From the NCBI RefSeq assembly GCF_009914755.1, contig NC_060940.1: a stretch of 64,000 nucleotides of DNA, one strand, 5' to 3'. This DNA is from the human T2T-CHM13v2.0 reference genome, Homo sapiens. A model generated the notes under the pieces. The model worked only from the letters and a program-made list of their open reading frames with translations, was not told where the DNA came from and searched no databases. A program made the position numbers and the translations under genes. Positions 17,383 through 32,899 of this stretch are shown here, one piece after another; position 1 is the first letter of the stretch; each line of letters begins with the position of its first letter.

Positions 17383-18814
17383 ATCTTATCTTTTATAATT
17401 AGATCTCTTTAAATAGATTCAAGTGGATATTGCAGTTCTTTTCTAAAAATCACCAGCTGCAGGAATCACTGGCTTAGGAGACACAAGATGTCATTGGCAA
17501 GGGGTTCTTTCTTTAAAGATAACAACATAATTATGCTTAGATGTTTCAGCATTTTATTCTGCTGTTATTTTTATTTTCAGTGTCTTCATACTTTTGTCTT
17601 CTCATCTCACTATTCTAATTCAGAATAAATTAAAGCATTCATTTGGATTCTAATTCAATATATGTATGAGAAAGAACACAGAATAATGAAGCACCTGATT
17701 TTCTCTCTGCAAGTTTTGAAATAGATTTTTGCATTCATTTTGACTTACGGACTTGCAAGAGAGTAAACCAACAGTGTAACTGAAATACAGTGTTCCTTGT
17801 AGGAAGACAATGTTACTTAATTTTCCTCTCCATGGCTTGATATAGTAGGAATTGATTCATAGCACTTGAGGGACGGATGATCTGTTAATAATTTAAACAT
17901 GAAGTTATAGTCTCAATCCACAGGCTTCCTGATTTGTGTTTGTCAATATTACGAGGCTAACCAACTCTTGGTCATGCTTTAATGAGTTTGAACTTTTATA
18001 TATCTAATTAAATTAATTAAATCACTGGAATAGTTTTAATACTTTCATGATTACAGAATTGTAAAGACAGTCTCCGTCATTTAAAATATCTAGGATTTTT
18101 TTCTTCTTTCAGTTTTTAAAATAAGTTACCACAAACCTAGAATTTTTCCTTCCTGATTATTACATTTCTGGACTTTGTTTTAATTTCACCCTTCAAGGAA
18201 GTTTCTGGAGGCACTTACTGTCTGGAGCACACTTTTCAGGAGAACCAATCTGTTTGTCTTGTTGGTAACACACTAGGGTAGAGTCAGTTATTGTAGATTT
18301 TCCTCATAGGGTAACTTTGTGTAAACTGAAAGCTTATGCACTGATTAAGCCAATCTTGGAGTTCAATGAGCTGTTGAGATGGAATGAGTAATCTAGTTAA
18401 TACGTAACTATAGAAGTCCTGGCATCTCCTGTTTCAAATTGTCTATGTTTCTGTGTTATTTTAGTTCATTGAGTTGCCAAAAATCCAGTAATACAAAGCA
18501 TTTCCTGTACATTGTTTTACTCTGAAAGATATTTATTTATGGATTTTATTTGCACATCACTCTGTTTTCTGAAGAAACAGAAAGAAAACATCCTTTTGCA
18601 AGTCTAAGTGTAAAGTAGGGCCTCTGTGCCTTTTTTCAGTGCCCCTCACTTACCTCTTTTTTTCTTCCCCTCTCCCATTTAAAACTTCCCTCTACAGGTC
18701 CTTACCCAGGTTTGACCATCTCTAGAAAGTAATCAAATTTCAGACATTGCCCTACCTTCAAATCTTTCTCTTATTCTTTCCCAGCCTATAAGAAGCAGGT
18801 AGCAGATATACTAA

Positions 18815-19171
<357 letters not shown>

Positions 19172-21434
19172 TTATTTTGTATTTTCAATAAGGAGACTAT
19201 TTAATGCAAAGGAATAAAGTTTGAATGATTAAATATAATCTGAGGCAATACAATTTGCTAATAGAAGAAGAATTTGAAGATAAGAAGATCTCTCTGTCTC
19301 TTTAAAACATTCTTGGTAGGTTACTTACACCAACAATAGTTCCACTATCAAGTTTCTTTTTGTTTAATAAGTTGTCCCACAGGGATCTTCTCATGGTCCC
19401 AATCTAAGCCTGTCAAAGTCTATTTACTTATAATTTGCATCTAAATCATTCCTACTTGTGTGGTCTGTGTGTGACTGGAAAGGGAAAGCTTAAGAGCCCC
19501 TGAAATCTTTTCTAACCCACTCCTAGTTCAGGGTCACCTCTTGGTTATATTACCTTACAGAGGAAATGAATGAAGAAAGCAGCAGATCAACAATTAGCCT
19601 TAGGGAGAAAAATGGGTCCTGACATGTAGACACCAGTAGGGGGAAATCTATCCAGGGACTACCCAGCATTTTTGCCCAGTGACTATTGTGACCTGTGTGC
19701 CTGGCAAGCCTCATCAAGACCAGAAGATGGCTTTGGCTCCAACACTCTGCAGTGCTCTAATATGTGCATCCATATAGGGCTTTAACAGCTTTCACAAGGC
19801 CATTATCAGTCATCCTTTATGGTTAGGAAATCGGAAGTGTTCCGTTCTTTCCACTTTTGAAAGTGGGAAAGAAGAGGGGAATTTTTTCTCCTCTCCAGAC
19901 TAGAATGAATAGGATTCCAGCCCTTAACCAAGACTACTCAGTGCCAATTCTGGTGTTTGCCCATGCTGGAACTTATTTCCATTGTACCCTGTTATTTATG
20001 CACCATTTTAAGACTAAGTCACTGGCTTCTCTTCTACCCATGCCTTACGAAGTTAAACAAAGAAAGATGAAAATTGCAAGGACCTTGAAATGTCAGAGAT
20101 GTGGGGCAATCAGTTGGCTGCATTTTAGTCCTTTGTTTTAGGACTTAAAAGGGATGAGCCCCTTCTAAATTTTACTTTCTTATTTGTGATACAGGGTTAA
20201 TAATATTTTGTTCTACCTATCTCAGATTCTTGTGAGGTTCAAACAAGATAATAGACATATAAGTATTTTGCAGATAAAGAGGCTTACAAATGCACACAGC
20301 ATTGTTTTATCCCACAGCATTTTATGTCTGGGCTGCACTGTAGCTGCGTACATTATATTGACTAAGATCCCTCTTCTGTTCATAAAGGGCTATGTGAGGA
20401 GGGAAACTGAAGTCAGAACAGAGATGATTTCCCCAGAGCTGCAGGGGAAATTCAAGGCTGAAAAGTAACTGTTGTTAATAGATCAAAATTTACCTACGAA
20501 TTTTTTAATGATGAATTTCATCAAAAATTAATTGCATTTAAATTATTTAATTCTCTAAATGGCTTTTGGAGAGGAAATCCTGCCTGTCAGGATCTGCCAT
20601 GTCAATCTAATTTCCTTTGGACCTTGACAGAAATTGTAAACTGTGTCGACTCTGGCTCACATGTGGCAATAAATTGTATTCATGAAATGTTACAAGAAAC
20701 CAGTGATTCTTCTATTGTATTTCTTAACAGTAGTGAGGTAGAGTTCTAGGCCCTGAAATGCAGGGAAAAAAGAGTAGATGTTAGCGAGCACAAAAAAGGG
20801 GCACATGAACAGAGTCAGATCTATATTTTGTCTCCTGTTTCCTCATTGACTGGATCAACAAGATGTTTCTGCTGAGGGCATGTGGCTCTCCAGGGTGTCA
20901 TCCCTAGAGATCCATATACTTTAGTACCCAAGTAAATGGCATCCAAGACAGGAGGAAAAGTAGTTTTTCTGGATCCCTTTTTTCAGTAACTGATTTAAGG
21001 AGGTCAAATATGTATTGCATCCTTTGACGATTTTATGCTTTTACCTTTTTTCTCCCCAAAATATTTAATATCAAACCGAAAGTACACAGAGTACAGTCCT
21101 GGAGAAAGGAAGAGCATACTTCAACTAGTTAGATTACAGGGAGGATTTAAACACTCTAATTGAGATCCTGGAGCCTGGAAAGAAGATTAAAATTCAAAGA
21201 TACACAGAAAAAGACTCCAGTTCTTCATCTCTACTTCAACCTGGTCCATAGAGGAAATGAAATAAAGAACAAAAGAGATTTGGATTGGGCGAAACAAAAA
21301 GGTTGGAGCACAAAGGTTTTTAACTTCTGGCATAAGATCTTAACATCTGTGGGTTAATGTTTGTCAAATGTGATTTGATGCAGCTATACATGGAAACTGT
21401 GGAATATTGGACCAAATGGCCCACTGTGTTTAAG

Positions 21435-22085
21435 TGTCACAGGGTGAATCCCAAAATTGGGGTTCAGCCTAGGCGGCCATGAGGGTTCTTGGCTTCACTG
21501 AGGAAGGAATTCAAGAGTGAGCCAACAGAGTAAAGTGAGATCAAATTTATTAAGAAAAGTAAAGGAATAAAAGGATGGCTACTCCATAGGCAGAGCAGCA
21601 GCACAGACTACTTGACTGACTATACTTACGGTTATTTCTTGATTGTATTCTGAACAGGGATGGATTATTCATGAGTTTTCCAGTAAAGGATTGGGGAGTT
21701 CTGGAACTAAGGATTCCTCTCCTTTTTAGACCACATAGGGTAATGTCTGGACATTGCTATGGCATTTATAGACTGTCATGGTACTGGTGGGAGTTTCTTT
21801 TAGCATGCTAATGCATTATAATCAGTGTATAATGAGCAGTGAGGATGACCAGAGGTCACTTTCATTACCATTTTCTTTTTGGTGGGTTTTAGCCGGCTTC
21901 TTTACCACATCTCATTTTATCAGTGGGGTCTTTGTGACCTGTATCTTGTGAAACCAGTCCCACTGACCTCTTATCTCATCCTGTGACTAAGAATGCCTAA
22001 CCTCCTGGGAATGCAGCCCAGCAGGTCTCATCCTCATCTAGCACCTATTCAAGATGGAGTCACTCTGGTTAGAACACCTCTGACA
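21435..22085 (-). mobile_element. MER41-family 3' LTR (~650 bp, complete)
   Basis: Reverse strand starts TGTCAGAGGTGTTCTAACCAGAGTGACTCCATCTTGAATAGG and contains CTGGGCTGCATTCCCAGG, AATGCATTAGCATGCTAAAAG and an AATAAA, as in the MER41 consensus; subfamily letter not resolved. Confidence 0.88.
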
Positions 22086-22737
22086 TATTTCCTCCCTCCC
22101 TTTTACAAGGGCACCCTTAATCCTAAGGGTTGTAAAGGGATGAAGATCCATCTTCTGTAACTTCTTCAGGCTGAACAGGGGCAATGATATTCTTACCTAA
22201 TTATTAGGGTCTCTTGTATTCAAGGTAGAGAGGAGCTCAATGAGAAAGTGTTGGTATGGTGAGGGCCATTCATAACTGAGTCTCAACAGAAGGTATAATC
22301 TGGAAGATTCCTAAGTGTTCAATTTAAGAAAATGTTGAGTAGGCTTATCCTGCATTCCTACACAAAGAGTACAATGACAATATATTCCACAGTAGTAAAG
22401 CAAAATAAGTGAAATTATCTCAAGTAAACTAAATAAGAAGGCTTTTCATGAACTGGGCAGTTGTAACCAAGCTAATATGAGGTCATGCCCAGAATTAGAA
22501 TACTCATTCAGATTTTCACATTACCCATCCCTATTGTTTCTTCTGAGCAGCAGCCAGAGATCACTGGTTGGTTCACAGGAGTAAGCAGGATCAGTCTAAA
22601 TTGCAGAAAAAATTCAAAAACAATGGATGTGATTAGAACCTAATAACAGGTATACCATAGTTTTTGAATCATAATTTTTCTCTCTCCAGTCTCCATTTTT
22701 ACTAAAGACAAATCATGGTAGAACCAGTTTGTTTGCA

Positions 22738-23108
<371 letters not shown>

Positions 23109-23177
23109 TTATTTGCCATAGAAACTCCTTTTTAAATTGTCTTTGATGAAACATTGTTCCATAGGAATCCCAGACTT

Positions 23178-23470
<293 letters not shown>

Positions 23471-24873
23471 TTCTCAGACTTGTATAAGCCTTGAGTCCAG
23501 CCATGAATTCATCTGTGCCTGTAGATACTTGTATGAGTTGGGTAAATTCCTCTTTTCTTGAGATCCCAAGATAACCTGTATCTCCTGGGCCTGTCAGAAA
23601 GTGACATTTTTTACTTACTGCAGGTCAGGAACTCTGTACAGGGACTGTGTAGTTAAGGTATGAGGTCAGTTTTCCTAAGGGGCTTTTATTGGCTCTATAA
23701 GTCAACTTTGATCCCTTAAACAGTCTGTTTATATTTGAAAGCATGCCATTCCAGTCAAAACCTTGGTAAAATAACCAGTGTCTCTAGTTGTGTCCCATTA
23801 CAAAAGAAAACAGATTCTTATTACACTTATTCAAATAACAACATTGCCATAAGTTAACAATACTCACAAATAATTTCCAAATTCTGGAGAAATCAGATAG
23901 AGAGAAAGAAACATGCTCTATATTTTGTTTTTGGACAAAAACTTTGTTTTATACTCCTTAGAGGAGTATACTTTACTCAATTGTTGAAAGCTATAAATAG
24001 CTCAAAAGATTTTCTGACTCTGAAAAACAAAACAGAAAGGATCAGCAGTGTTTTAAGCAAAAAATCATAAAAAGATTATTTTAGTATTTTATTAGTTCAA
24101 TCTATGCAATTAATTCCTGTTTTGCTCAATATCTATAAACACATTAGCTTTCCAAGAGAGTCTTGAAAGTTTTTTTCTCTGTTTTAGTGGCACACTTTCC
24201 AAAGTTATCAGAGATGTATATTGAAGAGTGCTTGTCAGAGTCCTGTAGCTGATTACAAACCATCTTTTGTAGCGGATCAAAACAAGACAATTGTCTGTGG
24301 ATGACAAAAAGTCTTAGGGCAGCCACAGTCAAAGAGGCGATTCGCCAGGAAATTTGGTTACCTTTGTGGCAGAAAATAATTTAGCATAACAATTATAATT
24401 ATTACTGATAATGTACACTAAGTCATATCAGAATTATAGAAGTTTCACATAATTTTGGAACACATACCAGTAACACATTTATACAAATACAGCCCAAAGA
24501 AACTCAAATACCATTGTATATTTAACAGTGCTTCCTGTATGCTTTTAATATACCAAATATGTCATTTTTTGACTTCAGGGGACCTAATATCTAAAAGGAA
24601 TAATTGGGTCAGAAAAAGACTTAATTTAGAATTTGATTTTGGGAACTTGTCAAATATCAAAGGCTTAAAACACTTGATATTATAAAATAGAATCACTGGT
24701 AGTCTATTTAGCTAAAATAACTCAAAGATTTCAAAAAGACAAAAACTTTTACTCATTGATAAAGGGAAGACTTAGCTTTCCAGACAAGATCCAATAAAAA
24801 CAAAATGAGGCCAACTGAATCTCTTTTCTCTCCTCTTTTTTTCCTATAGTTTATTTTAAAGGCAAACAAAAAT

Positions 24874-25179
24874 CTTTCTTTTTTTTTTCTTTTTTTTGAG
24901 ACAGGCTGTCACTCTCTCACCCAGGCTGGAGTGCAGTGGCATAATCTCAGCTCACTGCAACCTCTGCCTCCCACGTTCAGGCAATACTCCTGCCTCAGCC
25001 TCCTGAGTAGCTGGGATTACAAGTGCATGCCACCACACCTGGCTACTTTTTTGTATTTTTAGTAGAGACGGGGCTTCACCATGTGGCCAGGCTGGTCTTG
25101 AAATCCTGACCTCAAGTGATCTGCCCACCTTGGCCTCCCAAAGTGCTGGGATTACAGGCATGAGCCACCAAGCCTGACC
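24874..25179 (-). mobile_element. AluS in ERV internal region
   Basis: Full dimer. Confidence 0.9.
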
Positions 25180-26614
25180 AATATCCTTTTAATTTTAGTC
25201 AACTTGCTCCCACACAGTTCTTTACAAGGTTAAATTTTCAGAAACCTTCTACAACTTGTTTAAGCCTTTAGTTTTATCCTATATTTTTAAATTTAAAATG
25301 ATTCTTACACCCTCTAAATTAGACAAAATTACTTTATTTTTTGAAGAAAAAACACATTCTCATGCCTTTTTACCAAAAACATGTAATTTTAATTTCTTTA
25401 ATGTAAGAAATTTTAATTACATACCAGGTGCAGAGCCTAGGATACAGGACAGAATGGCCTATAAAGTCTGACTCTTTCCAGCACAGTTAGGGGGAAATGG
25501 CTCACCCTCTATGTTCCCAGGCCTTATCCTGAATTAAATGGCTCTAACGCAGGTAAGTTGAACAATTACCAAAAGTCATAGAAATAGTTTATGACCTTAA
25601 AGCATTTAGCAAACCAAATTTTGAAGACATTTTTATTTTATTTTACCAGTAATCTTTAAACTCCCTTTATTTTTAAAAGATTATTAGTCATGCACACTAA
25701 AAGGCACTAAAGTTTTTATTTTTCTAACAAAGTATTTAAGTTTTATTTTTCTTTGTGCCTATTATTTACAGCTCTTTTATATAAACATCACACATACAAC
25801 ACATATAAATACACAGACAGACAGAAGATTCAGTAGTTGTAGGATTTCTCATTTGCCAGTTTTTAAGTTTCTCATTAAAGCCTGCATTTCTAGGGCTAAA
25901 TAAGCAGGCACAGTTAGAAAGCAAAACAGATCCCCAAAAATCAAGGATCCCATTTTTACACTAGATTCTAGATTCCTAAAAAGAAAGGAACACCATGGGA
26001 CCAGACAATGCAATGCTTTTACCATGCATTTCACTGCAAAGACGTTCCCCCGAAGCTGGTGGCCAACCCAAAGCCAATCTGCCCATTCCGCATTTCATAT
26101 CTTTTAGGTACCCAAGAGCACACTTTTTTCATTTAAATATGAGAAGAAAGAAGTATTGGCCTGTAGTAATAACCACTCACTGTAAGCAACTGCCATCAGC
26201 TATTCCTAAAAGTATATGTCCTACCTAGCTGTTATACACCAAGGCTAAAAGTTCTCTCATAATGCAAAATAATTTCTGATACCCCCAAAAGTAAAAAAAA
26301 AGATAAAGTAATGTGATGCAAAACAGAGCAGAGCCTTAGATTTTGAGAGGGACCTGTCTACTTACAATTCTTGGAGTTCCATGAGGAAAACAGCTTTTTC
26401 TTCCAAAACAGGATCTGTGACATCTTCTATTTTTCTCCCAAGGAGTCCCAGGCTGTCAGAAATTACCATAGGTCCTCTCATGTGAGCATCAAGGGTAGCA
26501 AGAAAACGGCCTGGAGAAATAATTCAGTTGACTGAGAAGAAAAACAAACCAAAAAAATAAGATCCAAGAAAAGGCATAAAGCCCTTTAATTTATATATAT
26601 ATATAAAATTTGGG

Positions 26615-26982
26615 TGATATGGTTTGGCTCTGTGCCCCCACCCAAATCTCATCTTGAATTGTAATCCCCATAATCGCCATGTATTAAGGAAAGGACCAGG
26701 TAGGAGGTGACTGGATCATAGGGATGTTTTCCCCCATGCTGTTGTTAGGATAGTGAGTGAGTTAAGTGAGTGAGTTCTCTTAAGATCTGATGGTTTTATA
26801 AGACAGTTTTCCCTGCTCTTGCTTGCTCTCTCTTTGCCTGCTGTCATGTAAGACATGCCTCTTCCCCTTCCACCATGATTGTAAGTTTCCTGGGGCCTCC
26901 CCAGCCTGCAGAGCCATGAGTCAATTAAACCTCTTTTCTTTATAAATTACCCAGTCTCGGCTGTGTAAAATGGACTAATACG
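26615..26982 (+). mobile_element. THE1D-like MaLR solo LTR nested in the MER41 internal region
   Basis: TGATATGGTTTGGCTCTGTG...CCCAAATCTCATCTTGAATTGTAATCCCCATAAT...AAATTACCCAGTCTCGG...GGACTAATAC; 5-bp TSD TTGGG. Confidence 0.88.
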
Positions 26983-27046
26983 TTGGGTATCTGTTTTTAA
27001 TTAAGCTGATTTTTAACCATAGAGCACTTTTAAAAAAAGTCCTTTT

Positions 27047-27370
<324 letters not shown>

Positions 27371-28635
27371 TTAGCCAGGACAAGCAGCTGACACCTCTGG
27401 CTTTTAAGCCCTTTTTTCCCCCCTCAAAGGTATTTTTCCAGGTAAAACAAAAAAAGCCTTAACGAAGGTTATGATTTAACCATGGATGCACAAGGTGTCT
27501 CCAAAGAGATGGCAAGCAGTTTTTATAAGATCTAGAATCACACCTAAGGTAGCTCAGAGAAAAGAAAATTCAAGTCAGGAAATCAGAAGCTGCCCATAGA
27601 GGGAAAAAGAATAAATAAATGGCAAAAGTCCCACAACTGTCAAATCAAAAGGAATTCATTCCCTAAGCCAGGAATTTAACCCAGGCCACCATCACAAAAG
27701 AGCAAAGCCTTAGCTACTGAGCTACAGCAGAAGGTAAGCACCATATTGTTTTTCCCAGGAGTCTAGAGCAGCCATTTTTGAGCTTGTGAAGAACATACCT
27801 TTTCAAGGGAAAAGAAAACAGATTTTAGAATTAAAAGCCAGTATTTCTTTCAGTCTTACTGAAAGCAAACCAATACTTTAAAAAACGTGTTTTAACATAG
27901 GGGACCAAAATTTAGATAGACTGTTATAAATTAATTTTCTTTCATTGTAGTTTATTTAATTATATAAAAAAGTTTAATAAGTTATCTTTTATGAACTTTA
28001 TCATGACTTACATAGACCACCTATGACATGCTTGGACCTTTTGACTTGTCCTATACTTTCTTCTTTCCTAAATAATCAGTCATTCTACTTTAGGACAAGA
28101 ATTTACCATACAAGATCCTTTCTCACATAAAATTTCTTTTCTTTATAGCCTTCCTTATCAAAAATACATCTTCATATCCATAACTTTCTACTCATCTCTT
28201 TCCCCTACTTACTGTTTTTTTTCTTTCTATCTTGTTTCTATTTTCTTCCTAAATCCACATTTTAAACCCCACTTTAAATAACATCTGAATTGGCAAAAAA
28301 AAAAAATTTTTTTCAATAGCAGCATATCTTCTTTGGCACATTTTACATACAGAATTATATATGAATTTTTAGTAATCCTAAATTTTAATGAGTTTAAATT
28401 AAATGAACTTGAAAAATGCTTGGACTTATTTACTTAATTTATGAGTGCTCTTTTACTTATAAGTCAATTTGTTACCCTGTAAACAATATATAACATAATA
28501 AATGTAAATACACGTAAACACAGCTAGACATGTATGCACACACATAAAGATCCAATAGCTTTTATCTTGAAACTCTAGTCATGAGATAGTAATACAAACT
28601 CACCGTTTCATAAAAGATAGCTAGATCCAAATTAT

Positions 28636-28941
28636 TTCTTTTCTTTTTTTTTTTTGTTTTTGAGATGGAGTCTCACTCTGTCATCCAGGCTGGAGTGTAA
28701 TGGTACAATCTCTGCTCACTGCAACCTCCGCCTCCTGGGTTCAAGCAATCCTCCTGCCTCAGCCTCCTGATTAGCTAGGATTATAGACGCTTGCCACCAC
28801 GCCCGGCTAATTTTTGTATTTTTAGTAGAGATGAGGTTTCAGCATGTTGGTCAGGCTGGTCTCAAACTCCTGACCTTGTGATCCGCCCGCCTCAACCTCC
28901 CTAAGTGCTAGGATTACAGGCAAGAGCCACTGTACCCAGCC
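28636..28941 (-). mobile_element. AluS in ERV internal region
   Basis: TSD ccaaattatttct. Confidence 0.9.
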
Positions 28942-29797
28942 CCAAATTATTTCTCTGACAAAATCGGGACTTGTCCACATGGCTAAACTTTGTTTGCTAA
29001 TTTGAATTTGCTCCAGTTGCTTAAAAGGCACCTTAGTAGCAAGTCCTTCAGGACTATTGTCCCCATGTCTAACAAGGATCTTTACTAGACATAGAACTTT
29101 TTCTATCTGTCTTTCTATCCGGTTGTCTCCCACTGCAAATTCTCACCTCCTGCATCGAAACATTAAGTCAAGTGACAAGACAAGAAAATGCTGTTACAGA
29201 AAATGATAACTTTAGGGTAGAAAACAAGAAAAAGCAAGACCGGGATTCCCCTAGGGTGGGACTCTAACCCACAATTCTAGAGGGAATGCCAATTCCGAAC
29301 ACCCCAGAGCATCTGGCATGGATGACAAACAGTACCAAGTGCTGAAAACCCCAGAGCATCTTGGGAGTGTCCAACAGTGAACCCCAAAGGCATGAGACCT
29401 AACACAGTTGGGGGCCACAGTACAACATGACTCTGGCATCCCAGGATCAACACAGTGGGGGACCACTCACAACCAAGTGTCTTGCTTTAACCAATTGCTC
29501 AACTATCCAAAGGAAAAACTACAAACGTGACAAAGAAAAAAGGATAAGCATGCAATTTGACAGTAAGAGCAGAAAAGTAAAATGGCCAATTGTTAGAAAC
29601 TAAAGAGAAAATGTCAGAGAGAAGGGGTGACAGGGTGGGCTACTAAGGAAGTGGCCTTCCAGGTGTGCTCCCATCTGGGGCACCCAGACAATGGGAGGCT
29701 GCAGTCAGGCTCCCAAGCCAGAGGTCTTATGGCCACTTTCCCATCTACCCAAAATAAAGGACAGAGAATCCAAAATCGAAATTTAACAAAAGGTAGC

Positions 29798-30167
<370 letters not shown>

Positions 30168-30749
30168 TAAGGACCTCCAAGAGTCTGAATCTGCAGTGTT
30201 TTTCTTGCCTCTGTTAAGAAACTTTTAAATAATACTAATATTTTTTCAAAAACAGAAACAATGAAAATTTAGAAGGCTTTTACAAATGTTACTCATTAAA
30301 TGGCCGGCTTTGAAGCAGTAAAAACTGAAATTATATTGTCACCATCGTTTACTGACAAATAAGGAAAGGAAGAGCTGGCAGAAGCGATGCCAGTCAGAAA
30401 GCAGTGGGAAAGCCCTGGGTTCTGCTTGGCTGGTGGTGCAGGCAGAACTCAGTTCCTGTAGTGGGCAGATCACCGAAGAATCCAGATCTCCTGCCTCCTC
30501 TGTTTGAGGGGAGCAAGGATTGTGAATTGTCTGTGAGATTAGTCCCAAGCCTTTGGTCTCTGAGTTTTTGGGAGGCAGGGCTGTGTTTCTTATCAGATTG
30601 TGCTTACACACATAGACTGCTTCTTTTCTAGTATGTGAATATTTTTATATGTTGCTTCTGTTTTTCCAGCTTCACTGAAAAATAGATTCTCCAGTCCTCG
30701 TTCTGACCCTTTCATTCGCAAAGTTTCATTTTTTAAAAAACAGACTTCT

Positions 30750-31118
<369 letters not shown>

Positions 31119-31342
31119 TCAATGTTGTTGTTGTATGCTCACAGGGTTGTATGCTCACCATTACAATCAATTTAGGACATTTTCATCACCCCAAAAGCAA
31201 CCTTGTACCCATTCCCAGTCGAGCAATCACTACTGTACTTGCTGCTGTAAGGGTTTACTTAGAGTTGGACATTTCATATAAACGAAATACACCATGTGGG
31301 CTTCTTTCACTTAGCATAATGTTTTCTTTTTCTTTTATTTTG

Positions 31343-31443
31343 AACATGGAACATTTCACGAATTTGCCTGTAATCCTTGCACAGGAGCCATGCTAATCTC
31401 TGTATCATTCCAATTTTGGTATATTTGCTGCTGAGGCAAGCAC
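31343..31443 (-). pseudogene. U6 snRNA retropseudogene, near full length
   Basis: Reverse complement GTGCTTGCCTCAGCAGCAAATATACCAAAATTGGAATGATACAGAGATTAGCATGGCTCCTGTGCAAGGATTACAGGCAAATTCGTGAAATGTTCCATGTT aligns to U6; A-rich tail at 31327-31341; TSD-like a(a/g)tgttttc on both sides; no PSE/TATA upstream, only L1 sequence. Confidence 0.93.
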
Positions 31444-31506
31444 AGTGTTTTCAAAGTTCATCTGTGTTGTAGCATGTATTGGTAATTCATTTCTTTTTAT
31501 TGCTGA

Positions 31507-31852
<346 letters not shown>

Positions 31853-32384
31853 TGGATATGCCACATTTTTAATCCATTCATCAGTTGATGGATATGTGAA
31901 TTTTGGGCTATTATGAATAAAACTTCTATGTATATTTGTGTACAAGTTTTTATGTGGAAATGTGTTTTCAGTTCTCTCGAGTCATATGGTAACTCTATGT
32001 TTAACTTTTTGAGGAACTGCCAAACTGTTTTCCAAAGTTTTCCATTTTACATTTTCACCAGCAGTGTAGAAGGGTTCCAGTTTCTCCTCACCAGGGCTTA
32101 TTATTGTCTGCCCTTTTGATTACAGCCCTCCCAGTGGATATGAAATGATATCTCATTATGGTTTTGATTTGTACTTCCCCAGTGATTAATGATGTTGAGC
32201 ACCTTTTCCTGTGCTTCTTGGACGTTCATATATCTTCTTTGGAGAAATGTTTTTTCAGATCTTTTTTAATTGAGTTGTCTTTCTTTTTTGTGTTGTAAGA
32301 GTTCTTTATAGATTCAAGAGACAAGTCCCTTACACTTATATGATTTGCAAATATTTTCTTCCATTTTGTGGGTTGTCTTTTCAC

Positions 32385-32533
32385 TTTTTTTAAAAAAAAG
32401 AATAGGCTTTTTCTTTCAGAAAAAATAGACTTTTTTTTTAGAGCAGTTATAGGTTCACATAAAAATTGAGCAGAAAATCGAGAGAGTTTCCATATGCTCC
32501 CTCCCCACCACACAGCCTCCTTCACTATCAAAA
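32385..32533 (-). mobile_element. Short L1MC-type 3'-end fragment inside the L1MB
   Basis: aatagacttt...tagagcagttataggttcacataaaaattgagcagaaa...; flanked by cttttcacttt direct repeat. Confidence 0.6.
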
Positions 32534-32689
32534 TTCTTTTCACTTTCTTGATGGTGACATTTGAAGCACAAAGGTTTTTAATTTTGATGAAGTCCAAAGT
32601 ATGCATTTTTTCTTTTGTCACTTTTGCTTTTGGCATCATATGTAAGAAGGCTTTGTCTAACTTAAAGTCACAAAGATTTACTCCTGTTT

Positions 32690-32834
32690 TCTTGTTTTTT
32701 GTACAGCCGAGATCTTGCTATGTTGATCAAAGCCATCACTCCCAGGCTGGTCTTGAACTCTGGGCCTCAAGCAATCCTCCCACTTAAGCCTCCCAAAGGG
32801 CTGAGATTACAGGCGTAAGCCACTGTGCCTGGCC
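32690..32834 (-). mobile_element. FLAM/Alu monomer in L1
   Basis: Left-arm match with short insertion. Confidence 0.75.
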
Positions 32835-32899
32835 TTGTATGTTTTAAGAGTTTTACAATTTTATCTCTTATGCATAAATCTGTGATCCATTTGAAGTTA

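Noticed and set aside
18650-18705. Pyrimidine tract followed by TACAG|GTCCTT as a recursive splice site
   Set aside because: The reconstituted donor GTCCTT is far from the GTAAG consensus; cannot be supported without junction data
32226-32639. 137-aa lysine-rich ORF
   Set aside because: L1 ORF2 remnant fused to an inserted L1 3' fragment
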